From positions 310,001 to 374,000 of the forward strand of contig OZ025786.1 of the NCBI GenBank assembly GCA_964019425.1: 64,000 nt of DNA, read 5' to 3'. How positions within the stretch are numbered: position 1 is the stretch's first letter; every line of letters starts with the position of its first letter. The DNA comes from Flectonema sp. DT1601. Its lineage: Eukaryota. Shown piece after piece: positions 24,497 to 36,413 of this stretch. The notes beneath the pieces were generated by a model that saw only the letters and a list, made by a program, of their open reading frames with translations, ran no database searches and was not told the origin of the DNA. A program made the position numbers and the translations under genes.

Positions 24497-25138
24497 ATGA
24501 ATCGAAGACAGTGGAAGGGAGGAAAATCTCGAAATGGCCAATGGGCATACCTAATAATTCTATTAGTATGCTTCTGTGGTCTGTGGGTATTGTTTTCAGG
24601 GGACAGTGAGTCTGACATGCGGGGAAAACGTCAACGACTTGCAGAAGAAAGATTAAAGAACTTATCTCGGAATCCCTACAAGAGTTCGGAAGAAAATTTA
24701 AAAGAGAAAATAAGGTCAGCTGTCGCGAAACAAAAACAAAAATTACCAAAGAAATTAAAACACGTCCTGAAGGATGGTAGCGAAACAGGTGAAGCAGCCC
24801 TACAAGCATTAAGAGAGAATGTCAATACTAGAAAAAAAGCTCTTCATGACCTTACTCATTTTCGTCAATCTGACGAAACCAGAGATGACGACTACAACCT
24901 TCCAGTAAGAGGAAGAGCAGGTGCAATTGAACTTGGAGAAGAAGCAATAAATAAAGATAAGCAACAACTACAGGAGGAAGAATCAAAAATAAGAGGTCGT
25001 GGCAGACCTGAACTAAGCGACTCAAACGGCAACGCAGACTCTGCAAAATCTGAAGAGGACCTTCAGGAACAGGAAAAGGCTGCACTTCGACAATGGCAAG
25101 AGCAAAAACTCAGACAAAAGGCTCAACGTCGGACTTAG
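24497..25138 (+). CDS. Hypothetical type II single-pass membrane protein with a charged coiled-coil region
   Basis: 213 aa ORF: basic N-terminus, one TM (WAYLIILLVCFCGLWVLF), then K/E/Q/R-rich helices. Confidence 0.82.
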   Translation: MNRRQWKGGKSRNGQWAYLIILLVCFCGLWVLFSGDSESDMRGKRQRLAEERLKNLSRNPYKSSEENLKEKIRSAVAKQKQKLPKKLKHVLKDGSETGEAALQALRENVNTRKKALHDLTHFRQSDETRDDDYNLPVRGRAGAIELGEEAINKDKQQLQEEESKIRGRGRPELSDSNGNADSAKSEEDLQEQEKAALRQWQEQKLRQKAQRRT

Positions 25139-25611
25139 GAATTCAGAGCACTGGCTGAAATCACTGAACACTTATATCTTGTGTGTAATTACAAATGTAA
25201 CCTCTGACATCTGTTTTGAGGAATAGAGAGTTTTGTGGTCCTGATCAGCATAAAGAGAGTCAACCAAACTACTTAAACATTTGACACCAAAGATAAAACT
25301 ACTGAATTGACAAAAAGAAAAAGCAATTTGTTCACAAATTGCCTCCAAGTTATCTTATGTTAGACTCGCACTGATTTAAAATAAGAACCGGGGAAAAAAT
25401 AAATAAAAATAAATAAATAAATAACAGTAATAATAAATAATCTTACTTATGTACCTTTTTTTTTCTCCTTTTTTTTTTTTTTAAAAAAAAAAAAAAATTC
25501 TTATTATTATTTTATATTATTTATCTGTTCATAACTTAGTTTAACACGAGAATTTAAATTTGAAATTAGAAACAGTTATTATTATCCTTTCTAAACATCA
25601 GTTTTACAAGA

Positions 25612-28173
25612 ATGGGATGCATCCAGGACAAAGATCGTTTAAAAGTAACTGAAAAAGCAGTAGAAAGAGAGAAACTACTAAAACAAAAGAAACGATCAGC
25701 TCAAGAAGAATACGCGCAGTTGATAAGAGAAAAAAAAATAGCATTGGAGACTAAAAGGTTAGTGGAACGAGAACGAAAAAAAGCTGAAGAGCAAGCTGCA
25801 AGAGAGAGAGTGATAAGAGATGTAGAAAAATTAATAGACGTCGTTCCTCCTCCTCTGCTAAAACCTATCCATCCAATACCGTCAGCACCATTGTTAGAAA
25901 GGCTCTCGTCTTCAGTACTCGATGACGACAGCGAAGTTAAAGTCTCAAGAGAGTATACTATTCTGGTGGACCAATCAAGAACAATGAACACCAGACACAC
26001 ATCAGCTTTGGTTCGATTTATTTTTTGTCAGATGTTCGTTTGTGCCATTGTAATAATCTTATTGGTTGTTATTATTTCCACCCTTCGGTTCTTTGATGTT
26101 ACTCTGCTCAACGATGCCTTATCAAATTATAAAGAACTTCGAACACAACTATTGATTACCTCATTATGTGTCTGGGCCACAACCATTACATTACCCTTTA
26201 TAAGTACTCTAGAGCAAGGTGCTGGTTATGTTGTTCAAGTTGGACTTGCAATCGCTGCATTTGCGTGTTTACTGCGGCAGCTATTTTCGTCTTCAGCACC
26301 ATCGCCGTCGAGGACTACGGTTTTTTTGTCTGTGGTGTTGTCGGGATTGTTTTCCTGTACTCCTTCTCTCTCTGATAATCGATTATCTTCGAAACAGTTA
26401 ATCGCTACTTTGTCGCTGTGCTTTTTTCATTCAGTCACTTGTGTGTTTTTTACTGTAAACTGGACACCCATTCTAATTAGTGTTATACTACTACAGATGA
26501 AGTTAACGAGTAGCTATACACCTGAAATGGGTGAATGTCTTACTGCTGTTGGAGGTGTTTGTGTTGCTTGCTTAGCTCAAGACATTATAATGTCATTTTG
26601 CAACACCGAGTCTGATGCGTTTGTGGCAGCGGGGTTAATGGTAGGGGTGCTCACGGCGATATTATTTTCATGTTTCTTCGTTTTTAGTTCAAGGCGTTTT
26701 GACATCTGCAGAGACGTCGTCAGAGATATCGTTAAGCACACTGCTGCTTCGAATCCGCATGGTGTCACGCTTCATTTTTGTAGAGAGAGCAATAACAAAA
26801 AATTTGTAACCTACGAGAACGTTTCTTCAATGGAAATGGTGGAAGAAATCTCTGAGGGTAAATTATGTTATGGTGAAAGCACGTTGGACCCTGCATTTGT
26901 AACTGTGGTTCATGATTTCATGACAAAAAAAAGAAAGCCAGACTCTCCAGGACAATCAATAATTATTATAGCGGATTGCCCAATTTTATTTATGATTGAA
27001 CTTATGCGTACTGTCGCTCCTGTTTCGCGTGATTGCAAAGGTCCTGAGGAACTAACAGTTACAATGGTTCAGGTAGGTGACCTTAGAAACCTGCAACACG
27101 TATATAAAAACTCATCGAAATGTAAGTATGAGATTCTCAACTTCGTTCTGGCTTCGGATGTTCTTGCGGCAGAAACACATCAGCAATTTGCAAGCATAAC
27201 ATCTCCTTTTCATGGTAATAGTAAGGGTGCTGTGCCAAGTGCGCCACCACTCGCGTCACCATTGGGTGGTCCATCGTTAATTGTTCCTGCTGTTGGTGTG
27301 CAACCAGTTTATTCTCTTTTTGATAAAATCCCAAGAATGCCAGCATCCTTTCAAATACGATCACCTCTTAAGAAGATTCCCGTAGAGTATTTAAAGAGAA
27401 AATATGTTCTAATTGTAGACAGCAGTCATTCTATGCAAACGGCATCAAGAAATCAACTTCTTTACAAATTCTCTCTTCTGTTGGTGTGTCTGATGTGGCT
27501 CTCCACTGGATGCATACTGGTCAGTCTTTTTGCATATCTTGTTGGAAGTAAGGGAATCATTAGTAGACATGCTGAGGTTGCTAAATTCTGGGTTTGTGGG
27601 TTATTTTTCTTCTTGCTTGTTCACTGGGTTGTGGTTGAAATGCCGAAGACGAAAGGAGCAGTTGCCAGACAAGTTGCTCGTCGAATGATCAATCACATTT
27701 TCGACAAAAAGAGTGGAGGTTCTGGACTGTGTGATCTCCATTATGGAGTTGCTTTATACGATATAACTAAGACGGGAGCACTCGGAAAACTAGGTAAGCG
27801 TTCGTCGTTACAGAGTCGAATGTCTTTTATAATAGAGCAGTATGAAAATAAGTTTAGATACGACAGCAGTGCTCCAACTTCGTTTATAATAATAACCGAT
27901 TTTAGTAATTCTTCTGATTTGGTTTCGTTGTGTCAGCGAATGTCTCAAAAAGCTACTTCTCCTGATGCTTTATCATTTACGTTTGTACATTGTCATGGGA
28001 ATTTGTTTATCAAGTCAGCTCACGTAAGAGAAGTCCTTAGTAAGAATCCAAGTACGAAATGTAAATATAAAATATCTAGTGTCGTTGATGCTCGTGATAT
28101 CAACGACAAGATGACGTTTTCTCAATTTATTCAAATGCAAATGCCAAGTGAGAGGATGATAGTTAGTCAATAG
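25612..28173 (+). CDS. Multi-pass membrane protein with two vWA-like domains
   Basis: 853 aa. MIDAS-like strands EYTILVDQSRTM and KYVLIVDSSHSM; later vWA strands SIIIIAD/SFIIITD and ELTVTMVQVGD/ALSFTFVHC; hydrophobic helices in between. Confidence 0.8.
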   Translation: MGCIQDKDRLKVTEKAVEREKLLKQKKRSAQEEYAQLIREKKIALETKRLVERERKKAEEQAARERVIRDVEKLIDVVPPPLLKPIHPIPSAPLLERLSSSVLDDDSEVKVSREYTILVDQSRTMNTRHTSALVRFIFCQMFVCAIVIILLVVIISTLRFFDVTLLNDALSNYKELRTQLLITSLCVWATTITLPFISTLEQGAGYVVQVGLAIAAFACLLRQLFSSSAPSPSRTTVFLSVVLSGLFSCTPSLSDNRLSSKQLIATLSLCFFHSVTCVFFTVNWTPILISVILLQMKLTSSYTPEMGECLTAVGGVCVACLAQDIIMSFCNTESDAFVAAGLMVGVLTAILFSCFFVFSSRRFDICRDVVRDIVKHTAASNPHGVTLHFCRESNNKKFVTYENVSSMEMVEEISEGKLCYGESTLDPAFVTVVHDFMTKKRKPDSPGQSIIIIADCPILFMIELMRTVAPVSRDCKGPEELTVTMVQVGDLRNLQHVYKNSSKCKYEILNFVLASDVLAAETHQQFASITSPFHGNSKGAVPSAPPLASPLGGPSLIVPAVGVQPVYSLFDKIPRMPASFQIRSPLKKIPVEYLKRKYVLIVDSSHSMQTASRNQLLYKFSLLLVCLMWLSTGCILVSLFAYLVGSKGIISRHAEVAKFWVCGLFFFLLVHWVVVEMPKTKGAVARQVARRMINHIFDKKSGGSGLCDLHYGVALYDITKTGALGKLGKRSSLQSRMSFIIEQYENKFRYDSSAPTSFIIITDFSNSSDLVSLCQRMSQKATSPDALSFTFVHCHGNLFIKSAHVREVLSKNPSTKCKYKISSVVDARDINDKMTFSQFIQMQMPSERMIVSQ

Positions 28174-28571
28174 AACTTATTTTTTGCCTAGTATTTTTAT
28201 TTCACTTTTTTTATTACTATTATTACTTATTTTACACACATCTCTTGCTCGTTTTCGTTGTAGTTTTCCACTTGATCTTCTCAGGATTGCTCTAATCACT
28301 ATTAACTACTTAGTAGTCAACTGAAAGCAATTGCTTACTAACATATAATCCTAACTATTATTTCTTGTCTTCACTCTCCCAAAGGGATTTTGTCCTCTCT
28401 GAGGAATCGCTCTATCGAGAGAAAGACAGCAAAAAAAAGAAAATCGTGAAGTCATTCACGATTACTTCTCCCATAGCAAGTATTCGTTTATTTCTGTAGT
28501 GTATTTATATTGGAGTATGGAATTGAGTTGGTTTTGTTAGTAATTATTCACATAACAGGACACCCGATACG

Positions 28572-29954
28572 ATGGTCGCAGCAGAGAAGTCGGGAGTTGA
28601 ATGGGAAAGTTTATTAAGGGAGAGCGACTATGCCGGGTTGGTTTCGATATTTCGAACAATTGTTGTGAATTTGCTTCGTACCAAACCAGCTAATCCGATA
28701 AAGTATGTCACTGAACATATTGATTGCTGGTTTAGCGACTATGAAGACGCTCAAATGGATTTTGGAAACTATGATTGGAGGCAACCAAGTTCAGACCTGT
28801 ATACAACACCAGGTCAAGGAGACTCTGTTGGAGAGTACGCTGATGTTAGACAAAATCTCGATTATACTTATCATGGATCATACATACCTAACAGACAGAG
28901 ATTACAAGATGTTAGAGTCAAAGATGTAACTGGAGCAGGTGTTCCTAAAGAACATCCTTGGCTTGTCTTTACTGCAGGTGCCATGGGAGCCGGAAAATCA
29001 CATTGCGTACGTTGGATGTGCGACAACGGCTACTTCCCCCTTCCTGATATTGTACAAATAGATCCTGATCGCTTTAAGGAACGTCTTCCAGAATGGGAAG
29101 GTTACCTCCAACATGATCCCTTATCGGCTGGTTCAATGCTCCGTAAGGAATCTGGTTATCTTGTTGAAATAGCACAAGAAGTAGCACTTAGTATGAAAAA
29201 GAACACTTGGGTTGATGGATCTTTAAGAGATGGAGAGTGGTACAAACAACAGTTTGATAGAATAAAATTAGAGCATCCAGATTACAGAATTGCGATAATT
29301 CACGTAACAGCTCCGATGGAAACAGTTCTACAGAGGGCTCTCTCTAGAGGGGAATCGACGGGGAGATATGTTCCAGAATCCGAAATTAGAGATTCCTTCG
29401 ACAGAGTACCACGAGTAGTGGATGCACTGACACCACAGTGTGACTTTGTAGCTCACATTAACAACAATGATGATGGTGATCCTACTCTGATCAAGTATGT
29501 TGATGAGCTCGGTAACACTGTCATAGACAGTAATTGGTCTTCTGTAAAGTCTAGATTCACAACAGATCCAGAACTAGCATCAATCAGAGTCGATGACTGG
29601 ACCACTCAAGTAGCACAGATGTTAAGAACAAATCGACTTGTCTTGTTTACAAAGAGCTACTGTTCTTTTTGTAAAACACTAACAAGTTTTCTCAGCAAGC
29701 TTGGGATTAAATACTATCTCGTGGAGCTTGACACGATGGGTCCTGGTGGTCTTGCGATTCAATTGGTACTAGGAAGAATGACAAGTGTGAGAACTGTTCC
29801 TCTCTTATTTCATCGCGGTATCTTACTCGGTACATGCGAGTCAATTATGCAAATGCATAAAGACGGTAAGCTGCTGTCTATTCTGAACGACGAAATTTCC
29901 GTTGATTGCAAGACAAGCATGCAGCAACCAGTATTGGTAGATAATCTTAGTTAG
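28572..29954 (+). CDS. Fusion protein: RIIa/Dpy-30-like docking helix + zeta-toxin-like P-loop kinase + glutaredoxin
   Basis: N-terminal LVSIFRTIVVNLLRTKPANPIKYVTEHI; Walker A AGAMGAGKS, QIDPDRFK and WVDGSLRD; C-terminal LVLFTKSYCSFC...RTVPLLF...LGTC. Confidence 0.88.
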   Translation: MVAAEKSGVEWESLLRESDYAGLVSIFRTIVVNLLRTKPANPIKYVTEHIDCWFSDYEDAQMDFGNYDWRQPSSDLYTTPGQGDSVGEYADVRQNLDYTYHGSYIPNRQRLQDVRVKDVTGAGVPKEHPWLVFTAGAMGAGKSHCVRWMCDNGYFPLPDIVQIDPDRFKERLPEWEGYLQHDPLSAGSMLRKESGYLVEIAQEVALSMKKNTWVDGSLRDGEWYKQQFDRIKLEHPDYRIAIIHVTAPMETVLQRALSRGESTGRYVPESEIRDSFDRVPRVVDALTPQCDFVAHINNNDDGDPTLIKYVDELGNTVIDSNWSSVKSRFTTDPELASIRVDDWTTQVAQMLRTNRLVLFTKSYCSFCKTLTSFLSKLGIKYYLVELDTMGPGGLAIQLVLGRMTSVRTVPLLFHRGILLGTCESIMQMHKDGKLLSILNDEISVDCKTSMQQPVLVDNLS

Positions 29955-30500
29955 GGACAAGGGAACAAAAAAAAAAAAAAAAAAAAGCGTGCTGTCGACA
30001 GATTTTTTATTCTTTTTTAAACGATGACAGCCGTTTCGTTGTTTTGTATTTTAAAAAAAAAAAAAAGGGGGAAGAAGAAGGGGGAAAAAAAATATTATAA
30101 TGCCCAGTGATAATAAATAAACTTGTGTAGCCATCGCGCTACGACTTTTCAAGTTTTTTTTAAAATTTCTTTTTCTTTTTCTTTTTTTTTAAATCTTGAT
30201 ACAAAACTCGTATTCACGGAACAGTACAAAAGAACTGAATACCATCATCCAATCTTTTTTTTTTTTTTTTTTTTTTTTAAATATTTTCTCATCTACTAGT
30301 TAGAATGCTGCATTTTCCACGGAATGCCACGAGAATAGGTACTTATGTGAACAGGCAGGGTTTTTTTTTTAAATTATTTTTTTAAATCCTAAAATTCGTG
30401 TAAGGATTCGGATTAGTGAAAAGCTGATTCCTTAGTTGGGTGGCATGGTTGCTTTTCTGTCATTGATTTATGCTTTTCATCCTCTATTATTTCTCTCATT

Positions 30501-30532
<32 letters not shown>

Positions 30533-30669
30533 CTTCCCTTCAGAGAAAATACGAAAACTATTACAGAAAAATAAAAAAATCATTTTTTGCCGTGTGAGTA
30601 TATTACTCTTCTTTCTCTGGGTGCGTACTGTTCCCAGCACAATGTTTTTTTATTAAAGTTGAGAGTTTC

Positions 30670-30709
<40 letters not shown>

Positions 30710-32176
30710 TGTGTTTCTCTTTAACTTCCTTAAGGAGATTGCATACACACCCAGAAGATATGTTTTTTATATTGGTTAAACTCACATACGAATGAAATAA
30801 GCGATAGAAGTATATTCTTCTCTCTTTTCATTTTTTTTTTTTTTTTTTTTTAAATTCAGAAGAATTAATTGATGCGAGAAGTGCTTGGGAATCACACTCT
30901 TTTCAAAAAAAAAAAATTCAGATTAAAAGAGTAGCATTTTGATTAAGGTTGTCTTGTGACCTATGACAAAGGAGTTTTAGTTAAAAAAGGACATCTCTTT
31001 GTATTAGCAGTAGCACTTTTTTAGTTGCATTTTTCGTTGCAAACAACCAAATCAATATGCAGAAAAATTTCATTTTTTTAGAATCGTTGCAACAACAGCG
31101 AATTCGCTTTCTTTTTTTTTTTTTTTAAAATTATTACTGATGAGGTACCTTCATTCGCCACTCTAGTTTGAGTGGTGTTGCCAAGTTCCTTGTAGGTGTC
31201 TGCCGCGGGGTGGGGAGGGGAAATAAAATAAAAAACTGAAAGAAAAGAAAAACTCCTTTTTTATTGTCAACCTTAGCAACAACAACGCACACACACACAA
31301 AACAAAAATAAAAATTTAGTTGTGTGAGATTCATAGTCAACCGTCTGATTCCTGATATCGAAACGTGTTTTGTTACCTCGGAGAGACAACGGATATTTGA
31401 TAACAGTGTCACTACAAGAATGATTCTTACATTAATATTTTCTCCTTAGCGCTGGTAGTATGTGCATCAAGTGTTGATGCTGAGTTTCATTTGATTTTTC
31501 TTATGTAACTTGCCTTGCGCCCCTAATAAAAAGCAAAAAAAAATAAAATAAAAATAAACAAAAACGAGAGTACACCTCCGTTTTGTTATTCTATTCTTCC
31601 ACTGCATTTTTCTGTTAAATTACCAAATCCAGTCTCTTCTTATCATTGTAAGCGATCAGAGATGAAATCGTTATTATAGCATTAAAGAAGAGTTGGAACT
31701 TAATCTGTAAGACAAGTGTTTGAATGGAGCTTGATAACTAACAAGCAAACAAAGCTGCTCCTCGGTTCATTGCGAATTGATAACTTGTGCGAATAAATAA
31801 CATACGTTATCTGAGTGTTGAAACAGTACGGCGATAGGTCACTTCTATATTTCTCGCGCAATCCTTTTTTTTTTTTTTTTTTTCTTCTTTCTTCTAATCA
31901 TTCTTTTTCGTCTGTTTTGGAAAGCAAGCAAATCAAAGTCATGTTATTATGTGTTGTTCTTTGCTTATTACTGAAGGTGTCCTTAATAAACAAGAACGAG
32001 TGTGCGGGATCAAAAAAGAAAAGGAAAAAAGAAAAATATGATCCGATACCGCCGAATAGATCAAAAATTGATTATTTTTATTTGTTTATTTTTATTTTTT
32101 TTCCCCCCGGCTTTTGCAGACGAAAAAGGATGTTCTTGAAATTCGGAACATCGCCACTTTTGTTTTCTTCTTCGGA

Positions 32177-32226
32177 GTTTTTAATACCTAAAGTTGTTAC
32201 TGTTTTTACATTGTCAAAGTTTCACC
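32177..32226 (+). repeat. Dispersed repeat family B, copy 2
   Basis: Identical 39-nt core. Confidence 0.8.
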
Positions 32227-33548
32227 TCCCAGACTTCCCCTTTGTTTACCTGTGTTAATTTTATGTTGTTTCCGGTCCTCAACTCTGCTTGCATGTGTTT
32301 CCACCCCCCTTTTTTTTTTTAATTTATTATTTTGAACCATGTTGTTCTCGCTAAGGTTAAGAGAGTCGCACGGAACCCTTTTCAGTTTATTGGTCACACC
32401 TCCGAACTGATGTCCCCTAAGTACCGTTACTATTGTTTATATTAGTTTGATACGAATCCATATATTTATATCATTATAAATATGCTCAGGCAATTACGCA
32501 AGGTATTTTTTAAAAAAAAAAAAAAAGAAGAAGAGTATTAATTTGACCACCTTTCTCCCTCCCAGTCCGTGCGCAAACTTCTTAAATCTTTTCTTCAATA
32601 TTTTTGTTTCTTGTCAGTCGATATTAGGTTCGTTTTTTAACTCGTTTTCCATTCTCGCTCTCTCCCCTTTCTCTCCCTGTTTACTGAGCGGGATTGGTGG
32701 TAAGTCGCTGTAGGTCGCTGTACTACTTTTAAATTGAATTTTTTTCAAAAACTTAACCCCCCAAATACGGGGGATGAAGTTAATCTTAGGCAGTACGTGA
32801 ATAACTTTTTTTTCTTTAACTTGTTGGTTCTCGTCTCTGTTTTTTTTTTTTAATAATTTTTATTTTGAGACGAATGTTTTAAAAAATAAAAATAAAAAAA
32901 CGTCAATGGGCCTATCAGCGCAACTTCGTGAGTGGGATGGGATGCCTCAGTACTTTGTGATTAGGTGTGCAGGTTGCACTCAATATTGTGTTAGTGTCCT
33001 CAGACTGGGAGTAATGTGCCTGTAGCCAAGTGTACAATGTAAGTGGATTGCTGCTTTGATTTTTTTTTTTCGTTCTATTTTTTTCCCACTACCGAAAACA
33101 GTAATTGTATTTATTGCGTGTGTTTAATAACACAGAATACGTGTTTCTCGCTGTTTCGTTTTCTTCTTCATTTTTTTCCCTCTCCCTTCCCCAAGAGATA
33201 TCGCAATCACCCCATTATACTACCTATTCCTTCTTTCTTCGTTCCCGTTCCGTCTTTCTTCGTTCCCGTTCCTTCGACAAAGCGCCGTTTCGCTGACTTG
33301 TCGCCGGCTTTGGTTCTCTTTTCCGTAACAGGAAGATAAGACAGGGGGTTTTGTCCTTTCTCAGGCAGTTCCATTTTTCCGGCTGCTACCCCCTGGGTTC
33401 AACTATCTTGCTGTCATGTTTTTTTTCAATTCAAAAAAAATAAATAAAATAAAGAAAGAAAAAGAGGTAACCTGTTTTGCTGGTTCGAAGTGTACGGAAT
33501 TGTTAGCGAGGATGGAGGGGTAGGGATATTTCCCTTTCGTTAAAGCGG

Positions 33549-33584
<36 letters not shown>

Positions 33585-33753
33585 TCCTCTATTGGCTTTT
33601 TATTTACGTTTAAAGAGAAAACACGCTGACGACTAGTAATGTAACTCACACGTTTTTCAAAGACAGGATAGAGAACGTCGTCCTGAATACCATTACACCG
33701 CCGTCCATATATGGTCTAAAGGTAATTTTCTTTGATTAACAACTACAAATATT

Positions 33754-33837
33754 TTTCAGTCAAGTACTTGATATTAATTTTGTTTTTCTTTAATATCTAA
33801 AGTTGTTACTGTTTTTACATTGTCAAAGTTTCACCCC
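33754..33837 (+). repeat. Dispersed repeat family B, copy 3
   Basis: Identical 39-nt core, plus an upstream gtcaagtac..tgat..taattttgttttt segment shared with copy 1. Confidence 0.8.
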
Positions 33838-34068
33838 CAAAAGGCACTGTATCCAGATTGTTAAATTATCGTTTACGTTAATATGATAAAATACAGTTGT
33901 ATTTTCACAAATATAAATATTGAATTTCCCCCCGAAAATCGAGATTAATTTAAAACAAAAAAAAAAGTAGCATATTTTTCAACAACAGCGTCAATAATAA
34001 CGATTAGGAATGATCTCATCTCAATTGGCCAAAATGCGAGAATCGGTAATCCAAAAAAAAAAAAAAGA

Positions 34069-34102
<34 letters not shown>

Positions 34103-36413
34103 TATGGATACCATGTACGATCTTTTTATTTTCAGATTTCATGTTGCCAACGTGTGGTTTTTTTTGCAAAACCCATGTAGGACAGATAAACCTTTGATTC
34201 TCACTTTAGCTAAGTAATTGTAAGCTAAAGACGGTGTTTTCGTTAAGCTTACAAAATTTTCTTCCTACAATGAGTAAAAACAAGACTGATACCGAACTGA
34301 TATAGGTGGTATTGTCTGAATAAAGATTTTTATAATTTTTCATCCAGAAAAAAAAAAAAAAACCCCCCCCCCCAAAGCCATTATTTGTTTGATGTTCTTA
34401 CGATTTATTTAATTTGGATTATTTAAAAAAAAATTTATTTATTTATTTGTGATAGACTGCTATTTATGGTCTATATTTTTCCCAAAAAAAAATATAATTG
34501 AGCCTTTGTGATCTTGTTCTGTAATTCCTGAGAGGTAAAGTATAATGGGGTTAAAGAATCAGTTGCATAAGGTTTTGCGCTGCTACTAAGAAATCAGAAA
34601 ACCCTTTACAAAAACACACACAAAACGTTTTTGCATTTTCGCAGTCGCTGAGACCGGCTTTAACCTAAACGTAAGAAGTTGGTTTGGTTTAATTTCAGCG
34701 ACGCAACTAGAGAAAAGGAAAAGGGGGAAAACATGGATGGCAAAACGGAGAACGGAATTGTGAACTGTGATCTATCAGGTCAATACTTCCTTCCATACAA
34801 AAGTGTGGGTGCAAAAAAAAAAAAAACGTTTTATTTTTGATGACTTTGTTCTGCAACGAGCGTCAGCTTTCACAATCAAAACTGTTAGTGACGAGCAACT
34901 TGATTTTTTAAAAAAAAGGGTCAAACAAGATCAAACACCAACCATAACGCTTTCACTAATACTGGTTATGATTGACCTCAAGGTTATCTTGGTTTGGTGT
35001 TGTTGTGTTATTGGTTAGTCAACAAAAAAAAAAAAAAAAAAAAAAAAAAAAACGTAATAATACGCTACAGCTATTAGTGAAGTTCCTCTTTTTTTTGAAG
35101 CATTCTTTTTTTTCTTCTTTTCTTCTTTCTTTTGCGTGAAAAAACGATTACTGCACATTGAAAATGTTTCTTATGTGTCACTTTAAGGCAAAATAAAAAT
35201 AGATAAAAGAAATCACCGGCTTTCACGAAAATAAAAATTTTTTTTTTTTCGTGAACTGTGTTCACAATTAATTGTTTTTTTTGTTTGTGTGCAATCATAA
35301 AATACTAACACAGGAAAAAAAAAGAAAAAAAAAATAAAGCTAAATTGCTCTGTAAAGATTTTCTTATAACCGAATACGTTTTGTAGGTACAATCCTTTTT
35401 TATTTTAAATATTTTCCGTTGGGTTGGTAGCAACTCAAAAAAGATAGATACATGTAGTGATTAGCTATATGTGCTTCACATAGCCACAACATAACATCGA
35501 AGGATTGTCGAATTAAATAAGAATAGGTGACACCATCATCGTTTGGTAACACACCTTACTATTGTCAAATCCAAGTAGCTTGCTCATTTTCTCATTTTCT
35601 TATTTTTCTTTTTTTTTTTTTTCCCCCCCCCATACTAGCATTACCGTTTTTTTAGTCAAATTGTATCATAAATTATTATTATTATTATTATTTATTTTTT
35701 TGAAATTAAACTTGTGATACAAATCAATTTATTTATATCAGGTAATATTTCCATGTCCCTTCCCAGTAAGGCTAGGTTTGAGGCACTTCTGTACTACTGT
35801 AGGGTCACTGTCCTGTCACAGATGTCTATATTATCGTTTTATTATGATTCAATAACAGCTTGTATTTTTTACAAACAAAAAATCAATGAACCCCCTCAAT
35901 AACATTTTAGTCACTTGTGTCGTGAGTTTTTTTTAATTTTATTATTGAGTTCTGATACAATACAAGAGATTTATATTCGGTATGAACCTAATCAAACAGT
36001 CTTTTCCCCCTTTAATCTTCAAATAAGAACCCAGAAAAAAAAAAAAAAAACAACCAGATTTTTGTTCGTTTTATTTGTTTATTTATTTATTTTTTTTTTT
36101 TTCAGTACCGAAGAGAAGACAATAAAATATAAATTGTAATTTATTTCCCAGTTGGACAAAATGTATGAGATGGGCGTATCATGGTCCACTAACTGATGGG
36201 TTCGCTAACAAAACTCAAAAGACTTACTTGATGCTCAATCAAGGCAATAAATCCTACAATATCACAGTAGGCGATACGAAGACGATTGACTGTGGCTTTT
36301 GATGAGTTTCTCAGGTGGAAACTATCAACCACAAAAGCTCAACCTTACATTCATTAGACAAACGATATTCTCACATCAATAATCTGGAGAAGGTCTACCT
36401 TAACAGCTACAAA

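Noticed and set aside
28490..28520. Spliced-leader RNA look-alike (tttctgta...tatattgg..gtatgg)
   Set aside because: Only a partial match with insertions, and single copy; better explained as a splice acceptor plus intron donor.
28572..29954. Bacterial toxin-antitoxin module or contamination
   Set aside because: No antitoxin or operon context; it is fused to a eukaryotic-type docking domain, and its flanks and composition match the neighbouring genes.
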